Source of the DNA: Escherichia phage vB-Eco-KMB43
Direction: 5' to 3' (one strand)
Length of the DNA: 64,000 nt
Sequence record: OR525698.1
Below the pieces are notes generated by a model, which was given only the letters and a program-made list of their open reading frames with translations, was not told where the DNA came from and made no database searches. Position 1 is the stretch's first letter. Each line of letters starts with the position of its first letter. This document shows, one piece after another, positions 60,948-64,000 of the stretch. Made by a program: the position numbers and the translations under genes.

Positions 60948-61316
60948 TCACTTAACAAAGATTTTCTTTAATGCTTTCAGGATCGTTGCTTCCGGTGCTT
61001 CCTCCGGTGGAGGAAGCAATTCTACCACTTCCTCTTCCAACTCGATATAGTCTACCAGATATTCTACATAGAATGCAAGTGCTTCCATGAAATTAAATGC
61101 TACATCCGATTCACCACAAGCGCCTACATGCATTGTATAAACATCACTGCGATCAAGTTTGTGGATGCTTCCCAGATAGTTCCGGTTATACCAGACTTCC
61201 CACACTTTCAGCTTTCCGGTTTTGGTTGCTGTTTTATAATCGGTTTCGTAATGATGCAATTGACGTTGCAGATCATTGATAATAACACATTTTTCGTAAT
61301 TGTTTTGAATTTCCAT
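60948..61316 (-). CDS. hypothetical protein (122 aa)
   Basis: Intact ORF. Confidence 0.5.
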   Translation of the reverse strand: MEIQNNYEKCVIINDLQRQLHHYETDYKTATKTGKLKVWEVWYNRNYLGSIHKLDRSDVYTMHVGACGESDVAFNFMEALAFYVEYLVDYIELEEEVVELLPPPEEAPEATILKALKKIFVK

Positions 61317-61326
61317 GATGTAATCC

Positions 61327-61518
61327 TCACTTATCGTTAAGAAGTTCTAAAACTTTCTGTCGTACTTTGTCAATATTAGTTGATTCAAAAACTGTATGGT
61401 ATCCCCAACTTTGACCGTATGATCGCGAGCAATCCCCATATCCCCATTGTTCAACCTGATAGTATTCAAGGAATGGGTGCTGCCGAACTATGATACCATC
61501 GCGATTAAAAATTACCAT
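61327..61518 (-). CDS. hypothetical protein (63 aa)
   Basis: Intact small ORF. Confidence 0.4.
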   Translation of the reverse strand: MVIFNRDGIIVRQHPFLEYYQVEQWGYGDCSRSYGQSWGYHTVFESTNIDKVRQKVLELLNDK

Positions 61519-61541
61519 AATATAATCCTCACGTCAACAAC

Positions 61542-61829
61542 TTATTTTCGGTTGTGGTCACGATATGTTTTAAAATATCCCTCGTACCACGGTAAAATAT
61601 CTGGATTTTTACCACTATACAGACCTTTAACCATCATGTCAATAAGACCGTCCGGTGTTTGATAATTACCAGCTTTTATAAGCTCTCTGATTAAAATCTC
61701 TCTGTATATGTCTTTCGGATCTTCGTAATCAACTTGTATTGTTGTTGTGGTCTCATTCAATTTGGTTTCTGGAGTATCTCGCATCGCATCCCACCAATCT
61801 TTTGTGATCTTCATGTTATTGAATTTCAT
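61542..61829 (-). CDS. hypothetical protein (95 aa)
   Basis: Intact ORF. Confidence 0.5.
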   Translation of the reverse strand: MKFNNMKITKDWWDAMRDTPETKLNETTTTIQVDYEDPKDIYREILIRELIKAGNYQTPDGLIDMMVKGLYSGKNPDILPWYEGYFKTYRDHNRK

Positions 61830-61840
61830 AATTTAACCTC

Positions 61841-62599
61841 TTACTTGCAAACGTATTGATCTACATCAATTGCGCCACCGAATGTAGGATGACGTTTTTC
61901 GAATCGAATAGTTCCGTCGTTTGGTTCGAAAACGGAGTATTCATATAGATCTTTCTTGCCAACATTCTTATAAAACCCGCCTTTAGTCATAAGGGTTTCT
62001 TGTACGTTTGCTTTGTGTACGTTGTATTCATCAATGTATACAAAATCAACCATCTTCCCATTTTTAATGGTTACTTTAAGATCTCCTGGTTGATTTCCAT
62101 ATTTGGCATACAGTGGCGCTTCTTTAATTTTTGTGGAAATTCCATCTTTCATACTCCACTCATAACGAACGGTGCATTGATAGGTAAAAGTTTCGACCTT
62201 CGGTTCTTCTACCACTTTTGCTTCCTGTTTCGGTTGTTCTTCTTCAACCTTCGCAGAAGTCTCTGAATCGCTTTCTGACGCGGTTTCTTCTTTAGGTAAT
62301 ACATTCATCAAGTTTTGGATTTGAGCGTTGTATACAGCCTCCAGTGGCTGAATCTGCCCGATATTGATCATTGTATCACGAACAGTTTTATTCCAGTTAC
62401 GTTGCTCTTGTTTCAGAGACGGATCAATCTTAACAGCCTTAACATACACCTCATGAAGTTTAGAGTCCAGTGCGGAGATAGACTCATTAGCACAAATAAA
62501 CTTCTCTGATTTGGTAGTAGCTTTAGCGCAATCAAAGGACGCAGCGTTAGCACCGAAAGCAGTAGCAGAAAGAACGATAGCAGCGATAATGTTTTTCAT
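61841..62599 (-). CDS. secreted protein with LprI/DUF1311-like N-terminal domain
   Basis: Signal peptide MKNIIAAIVLSATAFGANA; CAKATTKSEKFICANESISALDSKL...EQRNWNKTVRD resembles the DUF1311 Cys-x-Cys helical domain. Confidence 0.55.
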   Translation of the reverse strand: MKNIIAAIVLSATAFGANAASFDCAKATTKSEKFICANESISALDSKLHEVYVKAVKIDPSLKQEQRNWNKTVRDTMINIGQIQPLEAVYNAQIQNLMNVLPKEETASESDSETSAKVEEEQPKQEAKVVEEPKVETFTYQCTVRYEWSMKDGISTKIKEAPLYAKYGNQPGDLKVTIKNGKMVDFVYIDEYNVHKANVQETLMTKGGFYKNVGKKDLYEYSVFEPNDGTIRFEKRHPTFGGAIDVDQYVCK

Positions 62600-62612
62600 A
62601 ATATATTCCTCA

Positions 62613-62653
62613 GTGTTTTGTCTTGATGGGAGTATCTTACTACTCCCTTAATC
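62613..62653 (-). promoter_or_regulatory. early promoter cassette, class with palindrome spanning the -10
   Basis: GGGAGTATCTTACTACTCCC palindrome and TGTCAA (reverse complement TTGACA). Confidence 0.55.
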
Positions 62654-62674
62654 CTGTGTCAACAACTATTTTTT

Positions 62675-62887
62675 TTAATTTTTACCCGCTCGTGCATTAA
62701 TACGCATTTTCTGCATAGCCATGATCTGGCTTACTACTTCTTCTTTACGTTCTTGCGTGATAACGTGACCAGATTCCGCAAACTCTCCCGCAACTTCTTC
62801 TACGATCTCGCGAACTTGAGAACGTCCAAAGATGCGGTTTCCTTCGTAGCTCATAAATTCAGTCACTACTTGCTCAATAGATTTCAT
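62675..62887 (-). CDS. hypothetical protein (70 aa)
   Basis: Intact ORF with GGAGAATCACATG context. Confidence 0.5.
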   Translation of the reverse strand: MKSIEQVVTEFMSYEGNRIFGRSQVREIVEEVAGEFAESGHVITQERKEEVVSQIMAMQKMRINARAGKN

Positions 62888-62907
62888 GTGATTCTCCTTT
62901 CGTTTGG

Positions 62908-62947
62908 TATGGGAGTATATTACTACTCCCTTATCTTTACGTCAACT
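62908..62947 (-). promoter_or_regulatory. early promoter cassette
   Basis: Reverse complement TTGACG-N17-TAATAT within GGGAGTAGTAATATACTCCC. Confidence 0.55.
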
Positions 62948-62952
62948 AGTTT

Positions 62953-63195
62953 TTAGAAATTTTTCGCTTCTTCTTCGGTCATCATAACCGCGCATTCGTG
63001 CATAACTTTGAAAACCGGATCAATCATGTCGAATGCTTCGCGGGACAGTTTACGAGAAGCGATTTTGATTGCTTCATCGTCTTCGACTACAGGAACAAAA
63101 ACAGTTTTCAGTTCATCGAGCACGGCAGCTTCTTTTTCATTCAGGAAGATCCCAGCGTCGTACAGTGCAACTTCGATAACATTCACTTTAACCAT
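62953..63195 (-). CDS. hypothetical protein (about 80 aa)
   Basis: Start taken at ATG 63193-63195 with GGAGG RBS; track ORF extends upstream in frame to 63258. Confidence 0.45.
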   Translation of the reverse strand: MVKVNVIEVALYDAGIFLNEKEAAVLDELKTVFVPVVEDDEAIKIASRKLSREAFDMIDPVFKVMHECAVMMTEEEAKNF

Positions 63196-63220
63196 TTTTA
63201 TTTCCTCCAGTTCGTTTCGG

Positions 63221-63260
63221 TATGGGAGTATAATACTACCGATGACCTTTGGCGTCAACT
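63221..63260 (-). promoter_or_regulatory. early promoter cassette
   Basis: GGGAGTATAATACTACC with CGTCAA (reverse complement TTGACG). Confidence 0.5.
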
Positions 63261-63460
63261 AGTTTTTTGTTATTTTCGTGAAAATTTTTCGTCGCCTCAA
63301 GTGCTTTTCGCTGGGCTTCTTGTTGTGCTTGCTGGCGTGCTGCCTCTTGCGATGCCATAACGGAAGCATTTGCGGCAGTTACAGCCGCGACCATCGCTGC
63401 GGTGTTAGCATTTACAGTACATGCGCTCGCCAACAAAGCAATCGCAATCATTTTCTTCAT
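63236..63460 (-). CDS. small secreted or lipoprotein-like protein (74 aa)
   Basis: N-terminal MKKMIAIALLASACTVNA signal-like segment followed by Ala/Gln-rich helix. Confidence 0.45.
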   Translation of the reverse strand: MKKMIAIALLASACTVNANTAAMVAAVTAANASVMASQEAARQQAQQEAQRKALEATKNFHENNKKLVDAKGHR

Positions 63461-63696
63461 AGTTTCCTCTTTAGGTTATCTTCGACCTTCACCCATTCCG
63501 CGTATTCTTGCGCGGCTACTTTCGGATTTAGTCCGTCTTCATACATTGCATCAAGTAATTCTTTGTCGGTGGGCTTATACCCTAGATAAGCCTCCACCTG
63601 ATTTTTCCAAATTTTATACCAGTTCATATTATCACCAATCAAGAGCGCGTGTCTCTGCGTCTTCCCATGCTTGATCCATAACAGCCTTGAAAACAT
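63457..63696 (-). CDS. hypothetical protein (79 aa)
   Basis: Intact ORF; start overlaps the upstream stop. Confidence 0.45.
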   Translation of the reverse strand: MFSRLLWIKHGKTQRHALLIGDNMNWYKIWKNQVEAYLGYKPTDKELLDAMYEDGLNPKVAAQEYAEWVKVEDNLKRKL

Positions 63697-63904
63697 ATTC
63701 TAGAGTATCATCTTTAGAGAATCCGAAGACCTTAGACGGGATATCTTCAATTGCTACTCCAGCAACTTCTGCATTACGCGCTTGGCAATAATGCAACTCT
63801 AAGTTATCGAGATAGCGACCGCCTAATTTCTCCATATCATCCCAGCATTTCCAGTAACCTACTTTATTTGCAATTGCTAACACTTTGCTGTTTTCGTTGC
63901 TCAT
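63632..63904 (-). CDS. hypothetical protein (about 90 aa)
   Basis: Start taken at ATG 63902-63904 (MSNENSK...) with GGAGAATCAAAGATG context; track ORF extends upstream in frame to 63964. Confidence 0.45.
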   Translation of the reverse strand: MSNENSKVLAIANKVGYWKCWDDMEKLGGRYLDNLELHYCQARNAEVAGVAIEDIPSKVFGFSKDDTLEYVFKAVMDQAWEDAETRALDW

Positions 63905-63926
63905 CTTTGATTCTCCTTTTGTTTGG

Positions 63927-63965
63927 AATGGGAGTATATTACTACTCCCATTATTCAGTGTCAAT
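63927..63965 (-). promoter_or_regulatory. early promoter cassette
   Basis: GGGAGTATATTACTACTCCC palindrome and TGTCAA. Confidence 0.5.
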
Positions 63966-64000
63966 AGATTTTATTCGATTATTTCAAATTTTGCTACCGG

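Overview
This window is a 64-kb segment of a T4-like (T-even-type) myovirus genome. Gene content and order follow the T4 map: gene 23 (3' end), 24, hoc, inh, uvsW, uvsY, 25, 26, 51, 27, 29, 48, 54 and alt, then a hyperplastic block of small early ORFs, DNA ligase (30), 31, cd, pseT, rnlA, denA, nrdB, nrdA, td, frd, 32, 59, 33, dsbA and rnh, the long-tail-fibre genes 34-38 and holin t, and further small early ORFs. Several late genes carry an exact TATAAATA late promoter. The minus-strand early regions are punctuated by more than 20 copies of a repeated early-promoter cassette (TTGACA, 17-18 nt palindromic spacer, TATAAT-like -10, conserved leader and RBS), resembling the PeSL mobile regulatory cassettes described for T4-type phages. 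Accessory content includes two C5-cytosine-methyltransferase-like genes, a DUF262 protein, NADAR, CYTH and SLOG/DprA-like proteins, a second Alt-like ADP-ribosyltransferase, an HNH endonuclease and several tandem paralogue families. Three structural anomalies stand out: gene 54 is split by a ~375-bp intervening sequence, and two perfect 55-bp tandem duplications disrupt the 3' end of uvsW and the 5' coding region of gene 32. No tRNA, rRNA or CRISPR array was recognised. All calls rest on reading the six-frame translations against remembered T4 protein sequences and family motifs; no database search or structure prediction was run, and promoter, terminator and small-ORF coordinates are approximate to a few nucleotides.
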